A stretch of DNA of 64,000 nucleotides from Spirochaetia bacterium (GTDB taxonomy: Bacteria > Spirochaetota > Spirochaetia > SZUA-6 > Bin103): assembly GCA_965208575.1 (NCBI GenBank), contig CBDBOV010000005.1, positions 960,001 through 1,024,000 on the forward strand. Reading direction: 5' to 3'. A program made the translations under genes and the position numbers. How positions within the stretch are numbered: position 1 is the stretch's first letter; each line of letters opens with the position of its first letter. The notes below the pieces were generated by a model. The model saw only the letters and a program-made list of their open reading frames with translations. It did not search any database and had not been told where the DNA came from. Shown piece by piece: positions 38,942 through 47,387 of the stretch.

Positions 38942-41767
38942 TCAGTCGGCCAGCAGTTGGGTGTAGAGGCGGAGCGGCAGGTTGGCCGACAGGAAGAAGC
39001 GCCACGTTGACGGGTCGCCGGCGGTGCGCAGCGGAACGTCGAGCCCGCCGGCGACCGCCATGGGCAGGTCGATCAGCGACGTAATGCCCGCGCTCAGCTC
39101 GAGCCCCGCATGCGGACTCCATTCCCGTCCGTCGCCGAGCGCCGGGAACGCGGTGAAGCGGTTCTCGGCTTCGAAGTAGAGCGCCGCCGTGAGGCTGCGG
39201 AACACCACCAGGTCCAGGAGCCGGTCCTCGCGCCCACCGACCAGTGGCACCAGCAGATCCACACCGCCAAGGGCGCGCCCGGTCGCCGGCTGACCGCCGG
39301 TCTCGCTTCGGTCGCCGGCGCGCAACCGGCTGTCCACGCCTGCCGGTGGCGCGCTGCCGATGCCGAACAGGCGCCAGTCGGCGCCCAGGTCGACGCTCGG
39401 CACCAGGTACACGCGCGGCACGATGCGCAGCGGCACCGCCGCCGCCAGACTCGATTGCAGCGACCAGGCGCCGTCGCGCGGCAGCACCGTGAACCGCTGC
39501 CGCAGCGATGCCCAGTGGGGAACGGCGCCGGGCAGCCGCACCGAATCCAGCCCGATCCACGGCTCCAGCGCCGGGCGTTGATCCACGTCCAGCCCGGCCG
39601 CCAGCGACAGGCCGCGGTCGTAGTAGGTCGGCCGGGTACCCAGCTCCAGCGGCGTGCGCAGCGGCCGCCGTAGTGCGAATGAGCCGCTCCAGTCTTCCGC
39701 GCCGTACCAGGTGAACAGGACCCCGGCGTGCGCGCCGCGCGGCAGCGACAACTCCGCCGCGGCATAGGCCCCCGGCACGACCACGGGAGGGGTCGCGAGC
39801 CACTCGGCGGGCGCGCCCGGCTCGACCCGGGCGGCAGCCCCGGCGCTCAGTTCGTACGACACCATCCCGGTAGACCGGTAGCCGACGCCGCCCCCCAGGC
39901 GCAGCGTCTCCGGCGACAGCTCGAACAGGCGCAGGTCGATGGCGACCAGGTCGGCCTCGTGGCGGCTGTGCGGCCGGAACACCCAATTGACCTTGCGCGG
40001 GTGGTGGTTGTTCTTGCGGTCGACATCGAGCGTGTACCACGCCGGGTCGATCTCCACGCTGCGCACGCGGCCGGCCACTTCCAGAACTTCCGCGCCGCGC
40101 ACGGTGAAGTCGAGGGTCCGCTCGCCTTCGCCGTTTTCCTCGACGACGACCCTCACCAAGGTGGTCAGGCCGCTGTCGCGGTAGTCGCGGATCATGATCC
40201 GGGCCACGTTCCCGTCGTGGGCCACCCCGGCCACCGCGTAGTCGGGATAGCGGCCGGTGGTCAGCACCTGCTCGCCGGCGCTGCGCATGCCGGGCCGGCG
40301 CTCCTCGAGGTGGGCGAGGAACTGCCCGGTGTCCGTGAACCGGTGCCGGTAGCGGCGGGCATACTCGCGCAAGGCTGCGTCGAAGGCGCCCTTGCCCATC
40401 TCGGTGGCGAGCTGGCGCACGGCGAGGGCGCCCTTGTCGTAGATCACCGCCGTCAGCCCGTTCTGGTTCTGGTCGTCCACGTCGCTTGCCACCGGGAAGT
40501 CGTAGCCCGCCTTGCGCAGCGCGTGGAACCGGGCCACCAGCCGCTCGCGAAAGCTGCCGTAGGCCAGCAGACGGCGGGCGAGGGCACCGGCCGGGCCGGC
40601 GTCGGCGGGGAACAGGTTGTCGTCCGCGCCGTACTTCCGCTCCAGGTAGTCCAGCGTCACGTACTGGGTAAGCGACTCGCTGAGCCAGTTGTCGCTGATG
40701 AAGTCCACGGCCGTGCCGATGCCGAAGTAGAAGTGCCCGATCTCGTGCGCCACCAGGAACTCCAGCACGCGGTTCCAGAGCTCCGGCGACGGCACGTCGG
40801 CGTTGAACGCGCCGCTACCCAGCATCACGAAGGCGTCCGCGGCCATGCCCCACGCGCCTGGCCGCACCCCCTCCACGATGGTGATGCGGCGATAGTCCAG
40901 CGGCCCGAGCGTGCCGGCGTAGTGGTCCAGCGCCTCGGCGGCGTAGCGGGCGAGCTTGCGCGCCTGGCGCTCGCGGCCGGGACGGTGGAGCAGGCGCACC
41001 ACCGCGTGCGCGGATGCGTCTTCGACGAGCCGGAAGCGGTCCTCGCGGAAGATGGTCAGCGGAATGGTGACCGACGGCGCCTGCCGTTCGATCACGTACG
41101 CGGAGCCGTTCAACGCGGGCACGGCGCGCTCGTCGTGCGAAATCACCCGGTAACCCGGCGGGACGACGATGCGCACCCGGTACCCAGCGATCGGCGGCAG
41201 CGTGAACCGGTCCGGGCGGGGGTAGAGGCGCGGATACCAGGCGAAGCGCTGCACGAACACGCCGTCGCGACTGGTGAGGTCTCCCGCGCGCAGGGCAGGC
41301 AGGCGAGTCCGGAACGCGACGGTGAGCCGGTAGCGGTCGCGCGGCGGCAGCCGCAGCCGCACCGCCAGGCCGGGAATGGGATAGGTGAACATGCGGCCGT
41401 GCGCAGGCGGCGTGAACTCCTCGAACGGCACCACGGCGCCGAGAGAGTCGACGATGCTCGTGATCCGCGTGTAGCCCGCCTCGAACCCGGACTGGTAGCG
41501 AAGATCCTCGAGCAACGGGTTCACATGCGGGTTGGGGACGGCGCCGGCGTTGTTGAGCAGGAGCAGCACCGCCTCGTCGCCGAATTCGGAGCGGCTGAAG
41601 GAGATCACCTGCGTACCGGCGACGACCGCCGTGGCCGGGTCGTAGGTCAGGTCGAACTCGTAGCTGACAGCCGCGATCGGCCCCGGCTGCAGCACTGCAG
41701 CCAGCGCGGCGAGGACGGCGGCGAAGTAGCTCAGCCGATTCCGCCTCGGCGTGTTGCGTCCCGTCAT
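38942..41767 (-). CDS. Secreted M1-family (gluzincin) metallopeptidase with a long C-terminal extension
   Basis: Signal peptide, AHEIGHFYFG..WLSES, IYDKGA, IDP..LDVDRKNN. Start is uncertain. Confidence 0.85.
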   Translation of the reverse strand: MTGRNTPRRNRLSYFAAVLAALAAVLQPGPIAAVSYEFDLTYDPATAVVAGTQVISFSRSEFGDEAVLLLLNNAGAVPNPHVNPLLEDLRYQSGFEAGYTRITSIVDSLGAVVPFEEFTPPAHGRMFTYPIPGLAVRLRLPPRDRYRLTVAFRTRLPALRAGDLTSRDGVFVQRFAWYPRLYPRPDRFTLPPIAGYRVRIVVPPGYRVISHDERAVPALNGSAYVIERQAPSVTIPLTIFREDRFRLVEDASAHAVVRLLHRPGRERQARKLARYAAEALDHYAGTLGPLDYRRITIVEGVRPGAWGMAADAFVMLGSGAFNADVPSPELWNRVLEFLVAHEIGHFYFGIGTAVDFISDNWLSESLTQYVTLDYLERKYGADDNLFPADAGPAGALARRLLAYGSFRERLVARFHALRKAGYDFPVASDVDDQNQNGLTAVIYDKGALAVRQLATEMGKGAFDAALREYARRYRHRFTDTGQFLAHLEERRPGMRSAGEQVLTTGRYPDYAVAGVAHDGNVARIMIRDYRDSGLTTLVRVVVEENGEGERTLDFTVRGAEVLEVAGRVRSVEIDPAWYTLDVDRKNNHHPRKVNWVFRPHSRHEADLVAIDLRLFELSPETLRLGGGVGYRSTGMVSYELSAGAAARVEPGAPAEWLATPPVVVPGAYAAAELSLPRGAHAGVLFTWYGAEDWSGSFALRRPLRTPLELGTRPTYYDRGLSLAAGLDVDQRPALEPWIGLDSVRLPGAVPHWASLRQRFTVLPRDGAWSLQSSLAAAVPLRIVPRVYLVPSVDLGADWRLFGIGSAPPAGVDSRLRAGDRSETGGQPATGRALGGVDLLVPLVGGREDRLLDLVVFRSLTAALYFEAENRFTAFPALGDGREWSPHAGLELSAGITSLIDLPMAVAGGLDVPLRTAGDPSTWRFFLSANLPLRLYTQLLAD

Positions 41768-42039
41768 GGCTGAGACCGGCGATGGCAGGCGAGCTCGCCG
41801 CGAGGGTTCATGAACGACTCCTGATCCGTGTGGATCGTGTGTGGCGCGCCGGGTGCGTGTTTCGAGTATCGACATCGTGGCGATCACGTCCCGAGTGCGG
41901 CGTTCGAGACCTCAACGGCGAACGGGCGCGAGCGTGCCGGTACCTGCGCGCACGCCCGCCGACTGAAGTGGGCGGACGTGAAAGCGACAGCCGACTTGCT
42001 GCGGCCCGCCGGTGCGGGGCATCCGAAGTGTGCCAAGCG

Positions 42040-42657
42040 CTACCGAGCGCGGCGCGCGATGAGGGCGTGCAGCGGGTCGCCGATTGGCGGGCTGCGGTCG
42101 AGGTGTTGGATGGCGGTCCAGGTGCGCGCCGCCTCCAGGTAGCGGGCGACCAGCGCGGCGTGGCCGAGGTCGTCGCGCAGCAGCCAGGCGCGCACCGCCT
42201 TGGTGGGGAAGCAGCGGTTGGAGAACGTGATGACCAGCGGAGCGCCGGCGGCCAGCACGCGGCCCAGGTCGCGCAGCACCGCCGCCGGCCGGGTGAGGTA
42301 CTGGACCGACACGCAGATGGCGGCGGCGTCGAACTCGGCGTCGGCGAAGGGCAGGCGCGGGTTCCGGTTCAGGTCGTGCACCACGGAGCCGTCCAGCCGG
42401 GGATTGGCGGCCAGCTCGACGCGATTCATGCCCAGCCCAACCACGCGCGAATAGGCCACCTCGGCCGGCAGGTGGCTCACCCAACTGCTCATCAGGTCGA
42501 GCACCGCTCCCCCCGCCGGGAGATACTCGCGGTAGAGCTGCGTGACGGCCGCAGTGGCTGCCTCGTCGATGTGGGTGACCAGCCGTGGCTGCGCATAGAA
42601 TTGCGCGTCGGGCGCTTCATCCTCCCGCCGGAACCCGAATCGGAGATGGTGCGTCAC
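42040..42657 (-). CDS. Class I SAM-dependent methyltransferase
   Basis: FYAQPRLVTHID, VLDLMSSWVSHLP, FSNRCFPTKAV. Confidence 0.9.
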   Translation of the reverse strand: MTHHLRFGFRREDEAPDAQFYAQPRLVTHIDEAATAAVTQLYREYLPAGGAVLDLMSSWVSHLPAEVAYSRVVGLGMNRVELAANPRLDGSVVHDLNRNPRLPFADAEFDAAAICVSVQYLTRPAAVLRDLGRVLAAGAPLVITFSNRCFPTKAVRAWLLRDDLGHAALVARYLEAARTWTAIQHLDRSPPIGDPLHALIARRAR

Positions 42658-42664
42658 CGGGTGG

Positions 42665-42859
42665 TCAGGCCTCGATGGCTTGCTGGAGGGCGTGGATATA
42701 GCCGTAGGTGTAGGCGAAGCCGCGCAACGACTTCAGGGGGTCGGCAGTCCACTCCGACCACGGCTCCGACGGGGTCTGGTCGCCGTGCAGCACGCCCAGT
42801 TGGGCGAGCACCCGGATGTCGGTGTCGTGCCTGCGACCGAACTGGGTTCCCAGGTACAC
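42665..42859 (-). pseudogene. Collapsed mannonate dehydratase (UxuA-family) gene
   Basis: N-terminus MYLGTQ..LAQLGV joined in frame to a C-terminus FAYTYGYIHALQQA. Only 64 aa long. Confidence 0.65.
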
Positions 42860-42860
42860 C

Positions 42861-43316
42861 TCAGCCCTCCTCCGCCATGAGCGGGCGCTGGTTGCCGCCG
42901 TCGGCGTCCATCAGGAACAGCTCCACCGCACCGCTGCGATCGGAGCTGAACACGATGGTCTTGCCGTCCGGCGACCAGCTCGGGAAGAAGTCCTGCCCGC
43001 CGTTGTCGGTGAGCTGCCGCTGGTCGCTGCCGTCGGCACCTACCACGTAGATCTCCAGGTCGCCGTCGTGGTTGGCGGCGTACAGGATCTCCGACCCGTC
43101 CGGCGAGAACGAGGCGTCGGTAGCGGCGGACTGCTGCGCCCCGGAGGGACCGGTCGGCAGGCGCGGAAAGCAGCCCATCATCAGCGCGGCGCCGACCATC
43201 CCGATCAAGCAGAAGCGCAGGAACGGCCAGGGCAAGACCCCCGTGGCGCCCAGGGCGCGGCGCCCGGAGCCGCCGCCGCGGGGCATGGGGAGGTGCCCGT
43301 CATTCGGCGCTGTCAT
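42861..43316 (-). CDS. Short TolB-like protein with two PD40 repeats (possibly a remnant)
   Basis: ASFSPDGSEILY..EIYVVGADGS..QLT and PSWSPDGKTIVFSSDR. Lipobox-like MMGC. Confidence 0.7.
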   Translation of the reverse strand: MTAPNDGHLPMPRGGGSGRRALGATGVLPWPFLRFCLIGMVGAALMMGCFPRLPTGPSGAQQSAATDASFSPDGSEILYAANHDGDLEIYVVGADGSDQRQLTDNGGQDFFPSWSPDGKTIVFSSDRSGAVELFLMDADGGNQRPLMAEEG

Positions 43317-43737
43317 CGGAGTCCACGTCGGAGAGAGCGAGGAATTCGTCCGGAGACAGGACCGAGACCCTTTCCTTGGGGAAGTCGGATGTGTTCCGCG
43401 TCACCAGGTGCGGAGCATGCGCCTGAATCGCCGAATGCAGCTGTATCGCGTCTTCAAAGTCGTCGACGCCGCGGTCTTCCATCGCCAGATCTACAATCCG
43501 CGTATCAACGGCCACTACTTCGAATATGTCACGCATCAATCGCAACGCCAAGTCGGCCTGCCCCTTGCCGGACGCCTTGCGGACGATGTAGTACACGTCG
43601 TTGAAACTGATGGCGGAGACGAGGGCACGCGTCGCGCCTCGTTCAGCCAGCGTCCAGACCCGGCTCGCCGCCGCGTAGAACGGTTCCCGGCGGGCGAGCA
43701 CGTCGAGCAGGACGTTGGTGTCGATCAAGGCGGTCAT
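43300..43737 (-). CDS. PIN-domain toxin (PIN_3-like)
   Basis: LIDTNVLLD, DFEDAIQ, LVTRNTSDF. Confidence 0.92.
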   Translation of the reverse strand: MTALIDTNVLLDVLARREPFYAAASRVWTLAERGATRALVSAISFNDVYYIVRKASGKGQADLALRLMRDIFEVVAVDTRIVDLAMEDRGVDDFEDAIQLHSAIQAHAPHLVTRNTSDFPKERVSVLSPDEFLALSDVDSDDSAE

Positions 43738-43994
43738 CCGGATAATCCGTGCTTGTCGGCGAGGGCATCTGCGAGTAGATCACGGTCGGAGCGCCCCTCC
43801 GGCAAGGTGACGAGACCGGATGCCCTCCGAGTCAGCAGCCCGAGGTCGTTGCTATCCGCGATCTGCTCCGCTTGCATCGACACGACCAAGCGGGAGAACA
43901 GGGCCGACACGCTCGTGTTTCTCTCCGCCGCCAAACGCTTGGCCATCGTGATGACCGACGCATCCGCGGTAAGGGTCAGCTTGCTCTTTCGCAT
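43734..43994 (-). CDS. Antitoxin (DUF6364/RHH-like)
   Basis: SKLTLT.D..VI..AK..A..RNTSVSAL. ATGA overlap with the PIN gene. Upstream palindrome at 44007-44037. Confidence 0.82.
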   Translation of the reverse strand: MRKSKLTLTADASVITMAKRLAAERNTSVSALFSRLVVSMQAEQIADSNDLGLLTRRASGLVTLPEGRSDRDLLADALADKHGLSG

Positions 43995-44100
43995 TCCATT
44001 CGCAATATACGTATTATCTCATACGATATGCACGTATGAATTGGGCGTCAACCTGCGAACACCAACCCGGTGAGAGCCCGGCGATGGATCGCGGGCACCG

Positions 44101-44523
44101 TCAGCGCCGGGACGGAGCCACAAGTGGAATCACTCGGCGTTCGAAGCGGCGGTACACGCTGAAGTCCTTCTGGTCGATTGTGAACACGTAGCTGCTGCGT
44201 GAGATCTCGGACATACGGACCAGGCAGGCGTCGGCCAACTGCATGTTCTGGTCGGCGTACTTGTCGAGCAGGCGCGACACCGCCGCTGAGTGTTCCGTGA
44301 CCTGAAATGGCACGGTCACGACGCCGCGTTCGATCAGTTCCAGCACGCGCGCGGGGTTCAGGCCCGCGTGCTCCTGGAGCAGGTAGGTGGCCTCCGCAAG
44401 CACCGCCTCGCAGGTGAGGAGCGGTATCGGTGCGCGCGCCCACTGTTCCAGTGCCCACTCATGGTGGTGGTCCCGCCGGTCGAAAAATGCCACCAACGGT
44501 CCGGTATCCAGCAGCCACGCCAT
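44101..44523 (-). CDS. vapC: PIN-domain toxin
   Basis: LLDTGPLVA, TCEAVLAE, MQLADACLV, FTIDQKDFSVYR. Confidence 0.93.
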   Translation of the reverse strand: MAWLLDTGPLVAFFDRRDHHHEWALEQWARAPIPLLTCEAVLAEATYLLQEHAGLNPARVLELIERGVVTVPFQVTEHSAAVSRLLDKYADQNMQLADACLVRMSEISRSSYVFTIDQKDFSVYRRFERRVIPLVAPSRR

Positions 44524-44753
44524 CAGCGACCGAACCCATCGAGCCGGGCCCGGTTGGAGGAGAGGTCTCCGACTCCGCTGTCGACACAGCCGGCGAGGTC
44601 GCCCGCGAGATCGACCGCCGAGACGGCAGTGCCGGATAGATGCCGATCAAGAATGTCCCGGACCATCTCCGACTTCGAGACCTGCGCCCGTTCGGCCTCA
44701 CGCTCCAAGCACGCGGCCAAACGCTCCGGCAGCTTGACGGTGAGCGTTTTCAT
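44523..44753 (-). CDS. CopG/RHH antitoxin
   Basis: MKTLTVKLPE.L...LE.EA....SKSEMVR and DLSSN..LDGFG. Confidence 0.88.
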   Translation of the reverse strand: MKTLTVKLPERLAACLEREAERAQVSKSEMVRDILDRHLSGTAVSAVDLAGDLAGCVDSGVGDLSSNRARLDGFGR

Positions 44754-44789
44754 ACCGCGTAATGGTATTACCAATCGTGCAACAACGCA

Positions 44790-44987
44790 ATACGAACAGG
44801 TGTAGGGGTCGGCGGCGTCGCGGAGGCCGTCGCCGACGAAGTTGTAGGCACGGACGATACTCGACGTTGGCGTCCGCCATCCCGCCCAGCACCGTGGCCA
44901 CGATGAACAGGCCGGGGATGAACAGCCACTGCGCCCGCGCCACGCTGCGCACGTTCTGAGCGCTCTGCAGCAGGGCGCCCCAACTCA
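44790..44987 (-). pseudogene. Orphan OppC-type permease 3'-end fragment, split by an IS (continues at 46522..46545)
   Basis: PPA|LSWGALLQSAQNVRSVARAQWLFIPGLFIVATVL...[15 protein letters not shown], with a ~37-bp foreign insert. Confidence 0.85.
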
Positions 44988-46521
44988 GGGTGCATTCTTT
45001 CTCTGTGGTAGCGGAATAGGAACCCTCCCAGAGACCAGAGATTCGGTGATGTGGTAAACATCGACCTGTCTCTGGGAGGGGACCAAAATGAGTGAGACCT
45101 TGGTAACGGAGTTGCTCCGGTTTTGCAAGACCCGGTGCGGGATTGACCTGAACCCGTGCAGCGGACCACGGGATCTGCTCGCCGCGGAGCTCGGTATGCT
45201 GAAGTGCCTGGTGGCTGCGGGACGTGCAGCGATGCAACGCTGGTGTGAGCAAGTCGGTGATGGGTATGTCGGTGCGCGCGCAACCCGCGGCGAGGTTCGG
45301 TACCGCTTTGTCGGGAGACGGCGGAAGACGCTGCATGGGCTGTTCGGCGTGATCACCTTGGTGCGCGCCTACTACGCGCCGCTCGGTGGCGGTGGCAAGG
45401 GGTGGGTGCCGCTGACAGAGCAACTGGGTATCGCGGGCGGGTACACGCCTGGGTGCCAGTACTTCATGGCGCGGTGGTGCGCCGAGCAGTCCTACGAGCA
45501 GGGTCTGGCGCAATTCCACGAGGTGTTGCGGCCTGACGGGCGGGAGCTGGTGTCGATGAACAAGGCGTTCGAGATGGTGCGGGCGGTTACTGACGGGTTG
45601 GCGGAGCAACGCCAGCGGGAGATTGTCGAGCGTGCCGACGAGCCGGTGGCGGTGCGCGAAGAGATCACCGGGACGATGGTCGTGGGCATCGACGCGGGGA
45701 AGGTGGCGACACGCGCGAACGAGCGGGTAACTGAAGATGGGAAAAAGAGTTACGATCGCGTGTTTCGGGACTCCAAGGTAGCGACGGTATCAGCGGTGAA
45801 GGTGGACCGGGAGGGTGCAGCGCACTGCACCAAGACCTCCTGTGTCACCGGGATCGAGCATGCTGATGAGTTCTTTCCCCGGATCGAGGTGGAAATGAGC
45901 CGGCGCAGCGCTCACCTGGCAGCGCTGGTGCTGGTGATTCTGGGCGATGGAGCGCATTGGATATGGGACCGGGTCTCCCAGCTGTCCGAACCCGGGCAGA
46001 AGGTCTGGCACATCCTCGATTTCTGGCATGCCTGCGACCACTTGGGGAAGATCGGCAAGGTGTTGTACGGCGAGGGCAGCGAGCAGTTCAAGAGATCCTT
46101 CAAGCGCTGGCGCAGCCTGCTGCGCAAGGGCTGCGTCGCCGCCGTAATCAAGGAACTGCAGGAACTGCACGTCAGTGGCCGCTACAGCGAGAAGCAGTGC
46201 TACGACCTCCAGGGCGAGATCAACTACTTCACGGCCAACCAGCACCGCATGGACTACCCGCTGTATCGATCGTGCGGTCTGCCGATCGGCAGCGGTGTAG
46301 TCGAGGGAGCCTGCAAGAACGTCGTCGCCAAGCGCATGAAGCAGAGTGGGATGACTTGGTCGCTGGACGGAGCCAAGGAGATGCTTCAGCTCCGCGCTTC
46401 GGCGAAGAGCCGTCGCTTCTGGGACGATTTCGAGAGCCTGTTGCCCTCATCGCCCACCCCAGAATCCAACCAGATCCAGCTTGAGGCTGCCTGACCGCTA
46501 CCACACTGACGGAATGCACCC
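44988..46521 (+). mobile_element. IS element, ISKra4/ISLre2-like (Mutator-related DDE)
   Basis: 27-bp TIRs GGGTGCATTC..GTGGTAGCGG (23/27 match). 9-bp TSD CCCAACTCA at 44979-44987 and 46522-46530. Confidence 0.93.
45088..46494 (+). CDS. ISKra4/ISLre2-like transposase
   Basis: GIDAG, GDGAHWIW, LDFWHA, RMDY, PIGSGVVEGACK. Confidence 0.93.
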   Translation: MSETLVTELLRFCKTRCGIDLNPCSGPRDLLAAELGMLKCLVAAGRAAMQRWCEQVGDGYVGARATRGEVRYRFVGRRRKTLHGLFGVITLVRAYYAPLGGGGKGWVPLTEQLGIAGGYTPGCQYFMARWCAEQSYEQGLAQFHEVLRPDGRELVSMNKAFEMVRAVTDGLAEQRQREIVERADEPVAVREEITGTMVVGIDAGKVATRANERVTEDGKKSYDRVFRDSKVATVSAVKVDREGAAHCTKTSCVTGIEHADEFFPRIEVEMSRRSAHLAALVLVILGDGAHWIWDRVSQLSEPGQKVWHILDFWHACDHLGKIGKVLYGEGSEQFKRSFKRWRSLLRKGCVAAVIKELQELHVSGRYSEKQCYDLQGEINYFTANQHRMDYPLYRSCGLPIGSGVVEGACKNVVAKRMKQSGMTWSLDGAKEMLQLRASAKSRRFWDDFESLLPSSPTPESNQIQLEAA

Positions 46522-46595
46522 CCCAACTCAGGGCGGGCGGCACGATTCGTGTGGCCGTGGTATTGTAGCGCATCCGAACCACGAGGAGATACGAG

Positions 46596-47333
46596 ATGAA
46601 ATTGCAGGATCGGACCGCTATTGTTACCGGGGCCGGGCGCGGCATCGGCAGGGCGACCGCGCTGGCGCTGGCGCGGGAGGGGGCCAACGTGACGCTGGCG
46701 GCGCGGACCGGGGCCGAGATAGAGGCGGTGGCGGCGGAGATTCGGGCGCTCGGGCGCGAGGCGCTGGCGATCCCGACCGACGTTGCGGACAAGGCGGCGG
46801 TGCAGGCGATGGTGGCGCAGACCATCGACCGCTTCGGCGCGGTCGACATCCTGGTGAACAACGCCGGGGTGCCCGGCACCTCGCCGATACCGGAGATCAC
46901 CGAAGAGCTGTGGGACCGCAACATTGCGGTCAACCTGAAGGCGGTGTTCCTGTGCACGCAGGCGGTGTTCAGCCACATGTGCGAGCGCGGGCGCGGCCAC
47001 ATCCTCAACGTGTCGTCGCTCGCCGGGCGGCATCCGGGAGCCAACTACGGCGCCTACGGGGCCGCCAAGTTCGGCGTGCGCGGGTTTACCGGCATCACCG
47101 GACAGGAGGGGGGCCGGCACGGGGTCAAGGCCACGCTGGTGGAGCCGGGGCCGGTGGACACGAAGATGCGCCGCGACCACCATCGCGACGACGCGGCGCG
47201 GCTCGGGCAGCCGGAGGACGTGGCGGACCTGATCCTGCTCGCCGTCACCCAGTCACCCCAGGTGCACATCCCGGAACTGCCGTTGTACACCACCACCAAC
47301 CCTGAACTCGAAATGATCCGGCATTGGGAGTAG
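46596..47333 (+). CDS. SDR family oxidoreductase
   Basis: VTGAGRGIG, NNAG, YGAAK. Confidence 0.95.
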   Translation: MKLQDRTAIVTGAGRGIGRATALALAREGANVTLAARTGAEIEAVAAEIRALGREALAIPTDVADKAAVQAMVAQTIDRFGAVDILVNNAGVPGTSPIPEITEELWDRNIAVNLKAVFLCTQAVFSHMCERGRGHILNVSSLAGRHPGANYGAYGAAKFGVRGFTGITGQEGGRHGVKATLVEPGPVDTKMRRDHHRDDAARLGQPEDVADLILLAVTQSPQVHIPELPLYTTTNPELEMIRHWE

Positions 47334-47387
47334 TGGAGTGGGTGGCCCGGTTGGGCCACCCACTTGCCGCGACGAGCGCGGCGGGCA

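Noticed and set aside
41950-41985. REP-like hairpin CCGCCGACTGAAGTGGGCGG
   Set aside because: Single imperfect copy in the window.
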